Positions 19,559 through 30,461 of a stretch of 64,000 nucleotides of DNA are shown one piece after another. The DNA is taken from positions 2,657 through 66,656 of the forward strand of contig MNYS01000008.1 of the NCBI GenBank assembly GCA_001873215.1, written 5' to 3'. Position numbers and translations under genes: made by a program. Origin of the DNA: Candidatus Levybacteria bacterium CG2_30_37_29 (GTDB lineage: Bacteria; Patescibacteriota; Microgenomatia; Levybacterales; GWA1-39-11). The notes below the pieces were generated by a model, which was not told where the DNA came from, ran no database searches, and saw only the letters and a list, made by a program, of their open reading frames with translations. Position 1 is the first letter of the stretch. Every line of letters begins with the position of its first letter.

Positions 19559-20746
19559 TTAATCTACAAAAGTAAGAGCAGTACCTTTTTTATTTGCGCG
19601 TCCAGTTCTTCCAATTCTATGAATATAGTCATCATATGAAGCCGGCATGTCATAATTTATCACGTGGCTTACGTCTTCAATGTCAAGACCCCGTGAAGCA
19701 ACATCTGTTGCCAAAAGTATAGATATTTCATTATTTTTAAATTGATCAAGCGTCCTTTGTCTTTGTCCTTGGCTTTTGTTTCCATGTATTGCGCCTGCCT
19801 TAAAACCTCTTTTTATCAGCTCGTCTGAAAGCTTTTGTATTCCCCATTTTGTTCTGCCGAATACCAAAACTTTGTCAAAATTTTTCTGTATCAAAAGATT
19901 ATGCAGCTGGTCAATTTTTTTATTCTTATGTATAACTTGAACAATATCCTGATCAACATTTTCCGCAGTATCCTGCCGTTTTACGGAAACAGTGACGGGA
20001 TTTGAAACAAAACTTTGTAGAATTTCTTTAACTTTTCCGGAAATTGTTGCGGAGAAAAATAAAGACTGCCGTATGCGAGGCAGAAGAGAGATGAAATATT
20101 TTATATCGTTAATAAATCCTATATCTACCATTCTGTCTGCTTCATCCAGCACAACATTGTTGAATTGTGAAAGCGCCAAAACACGAGTTTTGACAAGATC
20201 TTTTATCCTACCCGGTGTCCCTATTACAAATTGAGGATTACGGAAAAGTTCGCTACGCTGTCTTCCCATCCCGGATCCGCCAATACAAAGCGCCGCATAA
20301 AGAGGCATTCCTTTTGCAAAAAGACGAAATTCGTCGTGAATTTGAACTGCAAGCTCACGAGTCGGCGTCACAATAAGAACTTTTTGATTTCGATTTTTAT
20401 AAAGTTTATCAATAAGAGGAATTAAAAATGCGGCTGTTTTTCCGGTGCCGGTATTTGCAATACCTATAACATCCCGTCCTTGACAAATCGGTATAATTGC
20501 TTCATCTTGAATTGGGGTTGGAACAGTATATTCCTTTTCTTCGATATTTCTTAAAAGCTGGTCTGAAATCGGAAAATCTCTGAATCTGTGACGTGGAGAA
20601 AAATCTTGGGAAAAAGAAGAATTGTTGGTTTTTTTTGCTATTTTTGTTGCACGAACTGCCGCGACAAATTCACTTTTGTTTTGCATAAAGCGTGAATCAT
20701 TTCGCTTAAATTGTTTTCTTTGCTGTCTGTATTTTGGTCTTATCAT
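19559..20746 (-). CDS. DEAD-box RNA helicase
   Basis: PTPIQ, TGTGKT, PTRELA, DEAD, SAT, HRIGRTGR. Confidence 0.96.
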   Translation of the reverse strand: MIRPKYRQQRKQFKRNDSRFMQNKSEFVAAVRATKIAKKTNNSSFSQDFSPRHRFRDFPISDQLLRNIEEKEYTVPTPIQDEAIIPICQGRDVIGIANTGTGKTAAFLIPLIDKLYKNRNQKVLIVTPTRELAVQIHDEFRLFAKGMPLYAALCIGGSGMGRQRSELFRNPQFVIGTPGRIKDLVKTRVLALSQFNNVVLDEADRMVDIGFINDIKYFISLLPRIRQSLFFSATISGKVKEILQSFVSNPVTVSVKRQDTAENVDQDIVQVIHKNKKIDQLHNLLIQKNFDKVLVFGRTKWGIQKLSDELIKRGFKAGAIHGNKSQGQRQRTLDQFKNNEISILLATDVASRGLDIEDVSHVINYDMPASYDDYIHRIGRTGRANKKGTALTFVD

Positions 20747-20950
20747 AAATTTGTGTGAAATTGATAAAAGGAAACTGCTTAAAAAATTTGTGAGTAGGGG
20801 AGAAGATACGTATTACAAGTCTTATGCGAAGATATCTTTACCTTTATCTAATCAAATTATCTTTTGAGCAGATTCTTTCTTTCAATCTGCCAGTACTAAA
20901 GTATAACAGGCAAAACAAGCAAAGTCAAGAAAACTATAAGCTATTAAATT

Positions 20951-21382
20951 TTAGTTTTGGGATTCCTTTTCTAGAAGGGCTCTGTGTTCTGCTATAAACA
21001 ATCTTGTTGATACTGTCAAATGCAATTTTTCAAGCTCCTTAAGTGTGAAAAACTGAAGAATTTGACCATTTGATCGGTTTATATTATTAACATTTTCGTC
21101 TGTCAACTTAGCATGATAGAAATATTTTCTGATGTCATTAAATAGAGGACTTGCTATAAATTCAATTGTTCTGAGTCTTACGCTTGTTTCTCTTTCTACA
21201 GAACTTGAGATAGATTCTTCAAAAGTTTTATTTTTTTCTTTTGAACCGCTTATAAAACACCAAATATTCTGTTGAGCGAGTGTTTTTTTGTCTTGTTGTG
21301 CGGGGGTATAATTTTGGAGCTTCAAAAGAACTTTACCTTTATAAGTTAGAAGAATAAGACTTATATCAATTTTATTGAGCAC
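20951..21382 (-). CDS. Degenerate Nudix-fold protein
   Basis: KVLL..Q...W.FISG.KE...FEE......ERET resembles a decayed Nudix box. Confidence 0.6.
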   Translation of the reverse strand: MLNKIDISLILLTYKGKVLLKLQNYTPAQQDKKTLAQQNIWCFISGSKEKNKTFEESISSSVERETSVRLRTIEFIASPLFNDIRKYFYHAKLTDENVNNINRSNGQILQFFTLKELEKLHLTVSTRLFIAEHRALLEKESQN

Positions 21383-21499
21383 ATTTATATTATAGCACTA
21401 TTTGTAACAAATAGTATGTTGAAAAAATACAACGAACCTTGAAAACCATCGGCGTTCCTTGAAGAGGAGAACTGTTTTTGGTATCATTATCAAGCTTAT

Positions 21500-21570
21500 T
21501 GCCGGATCGTCTAACGGTAGGACAACGGACTTTGGATCCGTTTACCATGGTTCGAATCCATGTCCGGCAG
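21500..21570 (+). tRNA. tRNA-Gln(TTG)
   Basis: TGCCGGA/TCCGGCA acceptor, ACGGA-CTTTGGA-TCCGT. Confidence 0.95.
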
Positions 21571-21590
21571 CAAAACCATTATTATTATTC

Positions 21591-21960
21591 ATGTATAAAA
21601 TTCGGGGGGGTTAGAATTGGAAACCAGCGAGGGAAAAAACTTGGGTTTCCTACCGCAAACACAAACCTTTACAAAAATATTCCAGAAGGAATATACATAT
21701 CAAAAACAAAAATAAACAATAAGATTTACCCGTCTCTCGCTTTTATCGGCCGTTCTATAACTTTTAATGAAACAGAGTTTAAAGCGGAAACGCATCTGCT
21801 TTCTTATAAAAAAAGCCTATACAACACTTGGATAAGTATTGATCTTGTAAAAAAACTTCGAGAAAATAAAAGGTTTGATTCTGCAGAAGACTTAATTAAG
21901 CAGATGGAAAAGGATAAAAAAGACGCACAGGAATATTTTAAAAAAAAGAAAGATGTTTAG
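21591..21960 (+). CDS. Stand-alone riboflavin kinase domain, apparent frameshift at a G7 run near the start
   Basis: G..RGKKLGFPTAN, EGIY, ETH, LRENKRF; ATG 21591 is out of frame with the body unless the G7 run (21604-21610) is G6 or G9. Confidence 0.75.
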
Positions 21961-22124
21961 CGGTTATAATAAAACTTACAAGGTGAGGAGAGTTGATCAG
22001 TTCAAAACATCATTCAGGGATGTTGTGAGTTATTTTATACAGAAAGGAAGACAACCGTTCTCTATCTAGCCAACCAGGACAATAATTTGACTATTCAAAT
22101 AACCTACAATATAATTCAACAAGC

Positions 22125-23135
22125 ATGCTGCAAAAATTGTTACATGATAATATTTTAGTTACTGGTGGCGCAGGTTTTATTGGGTCGCATCTTGTTGATA
22201 AACTTATTGATAAAAATCATAAAGTAATTGTAATCGATGACCTTTCGAGTGGATATAAAAGAAACGTTAATCGCAAAGCTAGATTGATTAAATGTGATTT
22301 ACGAGAATATAAATGTGTTGATAGCATAATTAGAAGAACAAAACCCAAAATTATATTTCATTTAGCGGCAAATGCTGCTGAAAATAAGGCTCAATTTTCT
22401 CCTATAGACATTACTACAAGAAATTATAATTCTTTTTTAAACGTATTAGTTGCCGGTTTAAAAAATAGCATGAAGAGAATAGTAATTACATCAAGTATTG
22501 CCGTTTATGGATCAAAACAAATACCTTTCAGCGAAAATGATAAACCCGAACCAGAAGATTTATACGGCTTAAGTAAATTAGAGATGGAAGAGACTCTTAA
22601 AATCTTATCGAAAGTGCATAAATTTGAGTACGTAATTACTAGACCTCACAATGTTTATGGACCAAGACAAAACATGAAAGACCCTTATAGAAACGTCGTT
22701 GTTCTATTTATGAATGCAGTTCTTAAAGGAGAACCATATTATATATATGGCAACGGAGGCCAAAGACGGTGCTTTTCATATATTTCTGACGTTGTAGAAG
22801 CAATATATAAATGTGGTTTTTTAAATGTTTCTGGAAAAATATTCAACATAGGGTCAGATAAGAGTTATAATATTAATGAACTTTCGAAAGAAATTCAAAG
22901 AATTACAAACGTAAAGATTAAACCAAAACACCTTCCATTAAGACCACAGGAAATATTGTTAGCAATATCAGATCACACGCTTTCTAAAAAATATCTTAAA
23001 TATAAAGATCAAACTAGTCTTTCTGTGGGGATAAAAAAGACGTGGGAATATGCAAAAAAAATTGGATACCAGAAACCAGTATTTGGTGGTATTGAATTAG
23101 ATAGCCCTTTATTGCCGAAGAATTGGAAGAATTAA
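22125..23135 (+). CDS. NAD-dependent epimerase/dehydratase (extended SDR)
   Basis: VTGGAGFIGSH, SSIAVYG, YGLSK, NVYGPRQ. Confidence 0.92.
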   Translation: MLQKLLHDNILVTGGAGFIGSHLVDKLIDKNHKVIVIDDLSSGYKRNVNRKARLIKCDLREYKCVDSIIRRTKPKIIFHLAANAAENKAQFSPIDITTRNYNSFLNVLVAGLKNSMKRIVITSSIAVYGSKQIPFSENDKPEPEDLYGLSKLEMEETLKILSKVHKFEYVITRPHNVYGPRQNMKDPYRNVVVLFMNAVLKGEPYYIYGNGGQRRCFSYISDVVEAIYKCGFLNVSGKIFNIGSDKSYNINELSKEIQRITNVKIKPKHLPLRPQEILLAISDHTLSKKYLKYKDQTSLSVGIKKTWEYAKKIGYQKPVFGGIELDSPLLPKNWKN

Positions 23136-23140
23136 TACAT

Positions 23141-23737
23141 ATGAAAACAAATTTTAAAGAAAAGGATTATCTCAAAAAAGATAAATCAATGCACTGGAAA
23201 ACTTTAAAATCCCAAATACAAATTACTTCACCTTGGTATAAGATAAAAAAAGATTCTGTTGAATTACCAAATGGAGTAATAATTAATGATTACTATGTAG
23301 GTCAATTGCTTGATGTATCAATTTTATTTGCGATAACAGAAAAAAATGAGGTTGTATTAGTAAAGCAGTACAGACATGGAACTAAAGATATACAACTAGA
23401 ACTACCAGCAGGAACTTTTAAGAGAGGTAAAGAAAATCCATCGTCCGCCGCAAAAAGAGAGTTATTGGAAGAAACAGGGTTTAGAGCAAATAAGCTTATA
23501 AAGCTGGGAGTTATAGAAGAATATCCAACAAAGAATAGTCATTTAGTTCATATGTTTCTTGCGCCCAAAGTAAAATTTACAGGAAAACAACACAACGACA
23601 TTACTGAGGAAATAAAGACTTATCTATTGCCAATAAATGAAGTAATTACTCTTGCAATAAATAACAGAATTATGGTTGGATCATCTATTACAACAATTTT
23701 ATTGGCTGCATTATCTTTGGGTATAATCAAGAACTAA
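23141..23737 (+). CDS. Nudix hydrolase (ADP-sugar pyrophosphatase-like)
   Basis: VKQYR..ELPAG.....E....AAKRELLEETG. Confidence 0.9.
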   Translation: MKTNFKEKDYLKKDKSMHWKTLKSQIQITSPWYKIKKDSVELPNGVIINDYYVGQLLDVSILFAITEKNEVVLVKQYRHGTKDIQLELPAGTFKRGKENPSSAAKRELLEETGFRANKLIKLGVIEEYPTKNSHLVHMFLAPKVKFTGKQHNDITEEIKTYLLPINEVITLAINNRIMVGSSITTILLAALSLGIIKN

Positions 23738-23764
23738 TAATATTTTGCCATCTAACTTTATAGA

Positions 23765-24328
23765 ATGGATCAAGTATTGGTATTATTACTTTTTAAGGGA
23801 TATCCGGCTACGGGGAAGTCTTATTTGGCTAAAAAATTAGGTAATCACTTGAATATTCCCGTCATTGTTAGGGATAAATTTAAAACAATTCTCGTTAAAA
23901 AAGGTTTTTCTTTAAAGGAAATAGGTTATAGAAGCTATGACATAATGTGGAAATACACCATGTTGTATCTGGGCAACAACAAATCTTGCATTTGCGATAC
24001 AAGCTTAATTCAACCTCACGGTTTATCTAGAATAGAATATATTAAAAAACATACACAAGCAAAGATTATTATCATAGAATGCTATTGTAGTGACAAAAAA
24101 ATACACAAAAAACGACTAATTTCTCGTAAAAAGATTCCTTATTATTATGGAATTAAAACTAACGAGCAATTTAAGATTTTTGTAAAGGAAAATAAGAAAT
24201 GGGATAATTTTTTATTTCCATACTGCACAATTAGAGTAGATACCTGTAAGAAATTAAATATTAAGGATTTTTCCTTATTTATAAAAGACATAATTTTATT
24301 AGATGGTAGCAATTTATACTATTATTAA
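23765..24328 (+). CDS. P-loop small-molecule kinase (AAA_33-like)
   Basis: GYPATGKS Walker A; R...R lid. Confidence 0.75.
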   Translation: MDQVLVLLLFKGYPATGKSYLAKKLGNHLNIPVIVRDKFKTILVKKGFSLKEIGYRSYDIMWKYTMLYLGNNKSCICDTSLIQPHGLSRIEYIKKHTQAKIIIIECYCSDKKIHKKRLISRKKIPYYYGIKTNEQFKIFVKENKKWDNFLFPYCTIRVDTCKKLNIKDFSLFIKDIILLDGSNLYYY

Positions 24329-24349
24329 TAGAATAATTATAATTAAGTA

Positions 24350-25774
24350 TTGTTAGACATGAACGAATTACCGACATCACATTTTTCTGAATTGCAAAGT
24401 CAATTAAGACAACTGAGAAAAAATTATAGCATTCCTACCTTTGAGATTTCACCGATGATGAAAAGATCGGACAACCCTTCTATATTCAAAGAGGGCGAAA
24501 TATTTAGCGGATTACTTACTACAAAGAATGCCATGGCTTGCGTCACACTAGTCGCTTCATCTCATACTCCCCCCACTGTTTCTACGGATCAATTTTTATC
24601 TATAGCAAGCGATGTATTTGCAATCAACAGTTCTTTACCAATAGATACCGACATATCCATTTTAGCTCCTCAGGTTATTGTCTGGTGGGGCAAGAATGAT
24701 ACATCAGAGATAGATAGTGATTTTTCTAAATTATATAATTTAGACTCTTTAAATCGTCAAGAATTCATTAGATTAATTTCAGATGAAACAATCTTAGCAG
24801 TAAAACTAATAAAAAAAATTAAACAATCAGCTACAATATGGGGTTCATGGGGAAATGGATCCGATAATGAAAGAGTTTTTACCGGTAGAAGTAGAGGAGG
24901 TCCGACTAATAAAATAGGGCATACTCATGTAACGCATTTTGATGAGGCCAGAAAAATTTCTATTCCTAGACTCCAACAAACAGATGCCAAGGATGCAGTA
25001 AATTTTTACTCTCCTTGGGTAACACTTGTGATGGAAAAGTTTGGTGGGGATTTCTCTAATTTTATCAATCAATCTGTTAAAAACGATACTATTGATATTC
25101 CAGAATTTACAATAGAACAGACAAATATGGATTTAAGTACATCGGGCCATCATGATTTTCATAATGGATTTGAAATAACCTTCTCAAGCCCTGCAAAGTA
25201 TGCAAAGGTGGTGGATATGCTTATTTCAATAGGAGGAAAATCAGAAATTTTATATAAAGATTTATTGTTGTTATATGAAGAATTTTATAAGGATTTATTT
25301 ATGAAAAAATCTACAGATGAAACGTATAATCATGGTTATTTAAAATTGAAATCATACGGTTTTTCTCAAAGAACGGCAGAAAAAATGTTAGGATTTTTAT
25401 TTTCAATTAGACCTACCAATATTCAGATTTCAAATTGGATAGAACAAATGAGTAAGTATAAAAATGTAGACGTAAATTTACTTCTAAATATAGCAAACAG
25501 ATACGCTCACGTGTCAAAAAGAATAAGAAAAAATAAATCTTATAACACGACAGTGAATAGTTTAGTATATGATACTTATCGAGATAAAGAGGAAATTGAA
25601 AATATTAAAACAACTTGGCCTGAACACGCAAGCTACTGGTATCTTATTAATGATTATAAATTATCAGGCGACGAAATACTAGTTAATACTCTTAAACTTT
25701 TTCCTCTAATAGGGACTAGTGTCACTGGGCCAGAAAGAATATTGGGAGGAATAATTAAACGACCCCTAAAATGA
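24350..25774 (+). CDS. Hypothetical 474-aa protein with HxHxxH motif (possible HIT/GalT-like)
   Basis: Long ORF in operon; GPTNKIGHTHVTHF. Confidence 0.6.
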   Translation: MLDMNELPTSHFSELQSQLRQLRKNYSIPTFEISPMMKRSDNPSIFKEGEIFSGLLTTKNAMACVTLVASSHTPPTVSTDQFLSIASDVFAINSSLPIDTDISILAPQVIVWWGKNDTSEIDSDFSKLYNLDSLNRQEFIRLISDETILAVKLIKKIKQSATIWGSWGNGSDNERVFTGRSRGGPTNKIGHTHVTHFDEARKISIPRLQQTDAKDAVNFYSPWVTLVMEKFGGDFSNFINQSVKNDTIDIPEFTIEQTNMDLSTSGHHDFHNGFEITFSSPAKYAKVVDMLISIGGKSEILYKDLLLLYEEFYKDLFMKKSTDETYNHGYLKLKSYGFSQRTAEKMLGFLFSIRPTNIQISNWIEQMSKYKNVDVNLLLNIANRYAHVSKRIRKNKSYNTTVNSLVYDTYRDKEEIENIKTTWPEHASYWYLINDYKLSGDEILVNTLKLFPLIGTSVTGPERILGGIIKRPLK

Positions 25775-26514
25775 GGACGCTTGTATTTTTTAACTTAGAA
25801 AATTTATTTATTGCCTCGTCTGAATTACGTTATAGTCCTACTCCTTTTTTAAGAAGACAAATAAATAAAATATGGAAGGTTTACCTGCTAAAAGCAAAAA
25901 AAAACAATCGTCCAATATGGAATGGTAAAGTTTATCGGTTAGAAAATATAACTAAAAACCGAAATGCGGTTTATTTGAAATTAGGATTTATTGATTATAA
26001 AACTTATCTTTCTTCCTTTGATTTAAAAAATGTTTTTAATAAATATCCTTTTCAAGAAAGACCTAATGGCTTATACGTTGCATCTCATATTATTACGAAG
26101 GATGGAAAATTTATTATTGGACAAACCGCAGACAATTCACTTTTTAAACATAACTTCGATTTGATAAGTGGTAGCTTAAACTATTATAATAAGAAAAAAA
26201 TTAAAACAGCAGAAGACATAAAATTATTTTGGCAAAGCGAGCTAATGGAAGAAGCATCCATACCCGCTGAATTGATAGAAAAAATAGAAGGAATATGCAT
26301 TACTGTTACGAGCTCTGGAAGAATAGGATTTTTTTTTCAAACAAAACTTAAAATTACTGCTATAGATTTCAAAAAGACGGCAAAAATAAATTTTGAACAC
26401 AAAAAGCTTTTGTTATTAAATAAAGAAGAATTATTACTTTTAATAAATAATAAGAAATTCTTTGTCAATCCAGCCGTAAAATATACGTATAAATTTATTG
26501 AAAATAAATTGTAA
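25771..26514 (+). CDS. Divergent Nudix-like protein (NUDT22-like)
   Basis: WNGKVYRL, IITKDGKFIIG, G.......ELMEEASI; overlaps the upstream stop. Confidence 0.6.
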   Translation: MRTLVFFNLENLFIASSELRYSPTPFLRRQINKIWKVYLLKAKKNNRPIWNGKVYRLENITKNRNAVYLKLGFIDYKTYLSSFDLKNVFNKYPFQERPNGLYVASHIITKDGKFIIGQTADNSLFKHNFDLISGSLNYYNKKKIKTAEDIKLFWQSELMEEASIPAELIEKIEGICITVTSSGRIGFFFQTKLKITAIDFKKTAKINFEHKKLLLLNKEELLLLINNKKFFVNPAVKYTYKFIENKL

Positions 26515-26575
26515 CAACATATTCATGGTGTGTATTTTACTCAACCAACGATAGTACTATTTTACAATCTATAAA

Positions 26576-27694
26576 CTAACTGTCAGCTCCTACTGCATCG
26601 GCGATATTTTTGAAGCCGTCTATTGCAAGAAGCTTTACCAGGCCTGAATTTATTTCATGAATTAACTGCGGACCTTCAAAAATCATACCGGTAATTAATT
26701 GGACTAAGGATGCGCCTTTTTTTATTTTTACATAGGCGTCTTGGGCGCTAAAAACCCCGCCGCACCCAATAATTGCGAATCTCTTTTTATAATTCTTGTG
26801 TGCAAATTTTATCAGCTCATTTGAGCGTTCAAAAGTAGGCTTTCCGCTAAAATTTCCAATTCTAAACTTTATTACCTCACTTTTTATTAAAGACGGATGA
26901 GAACGGTCTTTTTGTAAATTACCAAAAATGACTCCTTTGGAAGAATGCTTTGCAATCACATCAAGCATAATTTTTATCACCCGAGTGCTGTTTGATATTG
27001 GCATTTTGACAAAAAACGGCTTTTTAAGCCTTAGCTTGTCAATTTCAGACAGTAAATCTTCCAAAGTCTTTTTTTGTGTAAAAAGTAACATTTCCAAAAA
27101 GATTTGGGCAACTGATGTTGAGTTCATAATAACTATTTTTTACGCGAGCTTTTTCAAAAATCTTAAGAGCGCAAATTATGTCTTCAACGCTTTGTTTTTG
27201 ATTTAATTTTGCACTATTTGTTCTACCAATGCTTATTCCTATAGGAATTTCAAAATTTAATTATCCTAATGTTTGTGCAGTTTCTTCTGCCCCGAAATTT
27301 CTAAATCCCTTATTACCATCAGCGATTTTGATTTTGGTAGTCTGCCCAATTGCGGTCTCGGATTTCCTTCATAAGCCATGTTGGTAATTGTTCCAACTGT
27401 TTGAAAACCAAATCCTACACTTAGTGTGATTTGGGTAAGACGCGTTTCATAATCAAACCCTGCGGCAAGACCAATAGGATTGGGGAAATTTATCCCGGAC
27501 AATTCTTGATGCAAAACCGAGTTAGTTATTTTAAATTGCGATGAAATAATTTTTCTTAATCTTTTATTCTGTCCTAATTTCTCCCCAAAAGCAGTTGCTC
27601 CAATGTGAACTTTTTGGGGATCGGTTCTAAAGAAAACAGGATTTAGAATTCCACTATAAGTTTTTTTTGTAATTGTCGGTATTAATCTTCGCAC
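26576..27694 (-). pseudogene. pyrD: Quinone-dependent dihydroorotate dehydrogenase, frameshifted
   Basis: NPIGLAAGFD, GNPRP.L.RL, ELNISCPN, VKMP, SGKP, IGCGG, LVQLITG spread over different frames (shifts near 27315 and 27090). Confidence 0.85.
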
Positions 27695-27805
27695 GATTAG
27701 AAATTATGCGCCAAATGATCATTAAACGCAATTAATCACAAGTAAATATCCAGCCAAAACATTCTTCTGTTTACATTTCAGCTTTGTAAATTTATACTGT
27801 TGCAT

Positions 27806-28876
27806 ATGGGACTTTTACGTTTACTATTCGCGCTCACCATAGTAATCTTTCACACGGGAGATATTTTCGGGTACAGGATATTTAACAGCAGACTTGCAAT
27901 TCTTTCTTTTTTCGTCATTTCAGGCTTTTATATGGCTTTTATTTTGGATAGAAAATATTTTAAAAAGAAGCATTCATTCAAGTTATTTATTGTAAACAGA
28001 TTTCTTAAAATTTACCCTATTTATTGGGTTTCACTCTTAATCATTGTCCTTTTTGGGGTTGTAAAATATTTATTTAACGCTGGTGGTCAAGATAATTTCA
28101 TTTCTCATTTTTTTCAGTATTCAACACACATAAATGGATTGGCAATGCTTTTATATTCTGTTAATTTTATTACAAGAAATATTACGCTTGTTGTAAATTC
28201 TGACTATTTTTTCAAGCCTGATATGACACCGGGATATTTACTTGTTCAGCAAGCTTGGACTCTACAAATAGAATTATTATTCTACGTTCTTGCACCATTT
28301 CTTATGTTTTTTTCAAAAAAACATTTTTTATTGCTTTGCTCTTTATATTTAGTACTTGCCCATATCGTTTTAGCAAATTTTATAAGCAAAAACCAAATCT
28401 TTCTTAGCGCGCAATTTGTTTACTACTTGGTTTTTTTCTTAATGGGCATGTCTTCATATAGATTTTTATTTGGTTTTTTAGAAAAGAACAAAGCAAAACA
28501 ACAAATTTTTAAAACAATATTTGGGGCAGCCGTTATCATTATTCTGATTTATAATTACACACCATTATCAATGCTTTCCGTAACACCGGTTTTTGAGCTA
28601 GTTTTCTCCTTTATTTTTGCGTTATTTGTACCTATTATTTTCTCAGTAACAAAAAATTTTAAATTTGATAGGTTTTTGGGCGAATTGTCTTATCCTCTTT
28701 ATATAATTCATTTTATTATTGTAAAGATGTTTGTGAATTTTACGCTTGTTGATACAAATTTAAAAAAGCTTATGATAGTAACTATATCGCTTGTTATATC
28801 GTACAGTCTTTATAAATTTATTGAATTTCCCATAGACAAATTCCGCCAAAAAAGGGTAGCATCTTCATCGGAATGA
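27806..28876 (+). CDS. Acyltransferase-3 (OafA-like) membrane protein
   Basis: FFVISGF, R..KIYP, WTLQIE..FY, LGELSYPLYIIH. Confidence 0.9.
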   Translation: MGLLRLLFALTIVIFHTGDIFGYRIFNSRLAILSFFVISGFYMAFILDRKYFKKKHSFKLFIVNRFLKIYPIYWVSLLIIVLFGVVKYLFNAGGQDNFISHFFQYSTHINGLAMLLYSVNFITRNITLVVNSDYFFKPDMTPGYLLVQQAWTLQIELLFYVLAPFLMFFSKKHFLLLCSLYLVLAHIVLANFISKNQIFLSAQFVYYLVFFLMGMSSYRFLFGFLEKNKAKQQIFKTIFGAAVIIILIYNYTPLSMLSVTPVFELVFSFIFALFVPIIFSVTKNFKFDRFLGELSYPLYIIHFIIVKMFVNFTLVDTNLKKLMIVTISLVISYSLYKFIEFPIDKFRQKRVASSSE

Positions 28877-28921
28877 ACACGGCTTTACTTTTTCTTCCCT
28901 ATTTTATATGCTAAAGATGAA

Positions 28922-29593
28922 ATGCTAACCAATGTCCGCGAACGTTTTTTGCAAATTCGCATAAGACGAGACGAAAAAGAAATTAAAATTGGATTTTTCA
29001 TAACAGGCATAATAATAATTATTCTTTTGGCCAACGTTGTCTATCTCAATTTTTTTCTTTTAAAAAATAAAGGTGTTGCAAATACGAATATTTCACCTAG
29101 AAAAAGTTCTGTTGATACTATTATTCCATCTCCAACACAAATTCAAGCTCAAAATCAAACTTTAAGTCCTACGCCTATTCCTCCAACCATTGCCATACAA
29201 AATACTTATCGAACAACGACATCAAATACAATAAAAGATTATTTTATTCCCCTAGGCTCGGGGACAAATCAATCAAGCGACTGGGTGGATGTCCCGGGAG
29301 CACAAGTCGCTATTGATTTAGGTCAATATCAAAATGTTAAAGAAGTTCATTTTGAGGCGTCTGTCACTATGCCCACCTCAAACGGATCTGTTTATGTACG
29401 GCTTTTTAACGTTACGGATAAACATCCTGTATGGAATTCCGACGTTAGCGGAGTAGGGAATTCAATATATACTCTTACTTCGCCGGCTATTATTTATGAT
29501 AAGAGCGCAAAAGTGTATCAAGTACAAATGAAAACGCAAATGCAGGTTGCGGCAAATCTTACTCAATCAAGAATCCATGTCACCCTTGAGTAA
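28922..29593 (+). CDS. Hypothetical single-TM protein with Pro/Thr linker and beta-rich C-domain
   Basis: 223-aa ORF. Confidence 0.7.
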   Translation: MLTNVRERFLQIRIRRDEKEIKIGFFITGIIIIILLANVVYLNFFLLKNKGVANTNISPRKSSVDTIIPSPTQIQAQNQTLSPTPIPPTIAIQNTYRTTTSNTIKDYFIPLGSGTNQSSDWVDVPGAQVAIDLGQYQNVKEVHFEASVTMPTSNGSVYVRLFNVTDKHPVWNSDVSGVGNSIYTLTSPAIIYDKSAKVYQVQMKTQMQVAANLTQSRIHVTLE

Positions 29594-29607
29594 CAATAAA
29601 CATTTTG

Positions 29608-29885
<278 letters not shown>

Positions 29886-29941
29886 TGAAAAAACTTGTTT
29901 TTTCAGCACCAGGTTCTCGCAGTGCTCGAAACTGGCGCAGT

Positions 29942-30196
29942 CTATGTTTTTAAACTCATTACTAATTTTAATTTTCTTTCTCTTGGCCAACTTTTAATTT
30001 CCATTTCGCGTTTCAATGCCTGTGACTTTGTTTTATATTCTTCTGAATGAACTAATTCAACAGGCAACTTACCTTTTATTGATTTTGCGCCCTGCTTTCC
30101 AAAATTATGTTGCCACAATCTGTTTTTTATATTTAATGTATATCCTGTATAAAAAGAGCCGTCACTACATTCGACAATATAAACATAATGCTTCAT
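29942..30196 (-). CDS. Small GIY-YIG nuclease
   Basis: YVYIVECSDGSFYTGYT....RL.QHN...A.KRE..IK. Confidence 0.92.
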   Translation of the reverse strand: MKHYVYIVECSDGSFYTGYTLNIKNRLWQHNFGKQGAKSIKGKLPVELVHSEEYKTKSQALKREMEIKSWPRERKLKLVMSLKT

Positions 30197-30233
30197 TGTT
30201 CTATCTTAGTTATAAGCTCTGCGAAAATCTAGC

Positions 30234-30322
30234 GTGCCAATTTCAACCTGCCTGAACATAGACTGTGCCACATACGAACAACGTGAGTACGTGGCACTGA
30301 AATTTTAGTAAAAATTTCAGTG
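30234..30322. repeat. Multi-hairpin repeat at the tRNA-Phe 3' end
   Basis: Shares arms with 6059-6113; 30241-30283 is identical to 30584-30626. Confidence 0.85.
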
Positions 30323-30393
30323 CCGAGACCAAGAATTGCACTCGGATAGCCTGTTCTTCAGACAGGTGCCTTGACTACCTCGGCCATCTCGGC
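30321..30393 (-). tRNA. tRNA-Phe(GAA)
   Basis: GCCGAGA/TCTCGGC, CCTGT-CTGAAGA-ACAGG; non-canonical T-loop TGCAATT. Confidence 0.88.
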
Positions 30394-30461
30394 AAAAAAA
30401 TACTATATTCGATTGCGAATTCAATGCAATCTCAGACAGTGATTGCATTATATCAAATGTG

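Noticed and set aside
21953-21990. Possible riboflavin synthase N-terminal relic (MFSG-II) after the riboflavin kinase
   Set aside because: Requires a frameshift and matches only about six residues; insufficient evidence.
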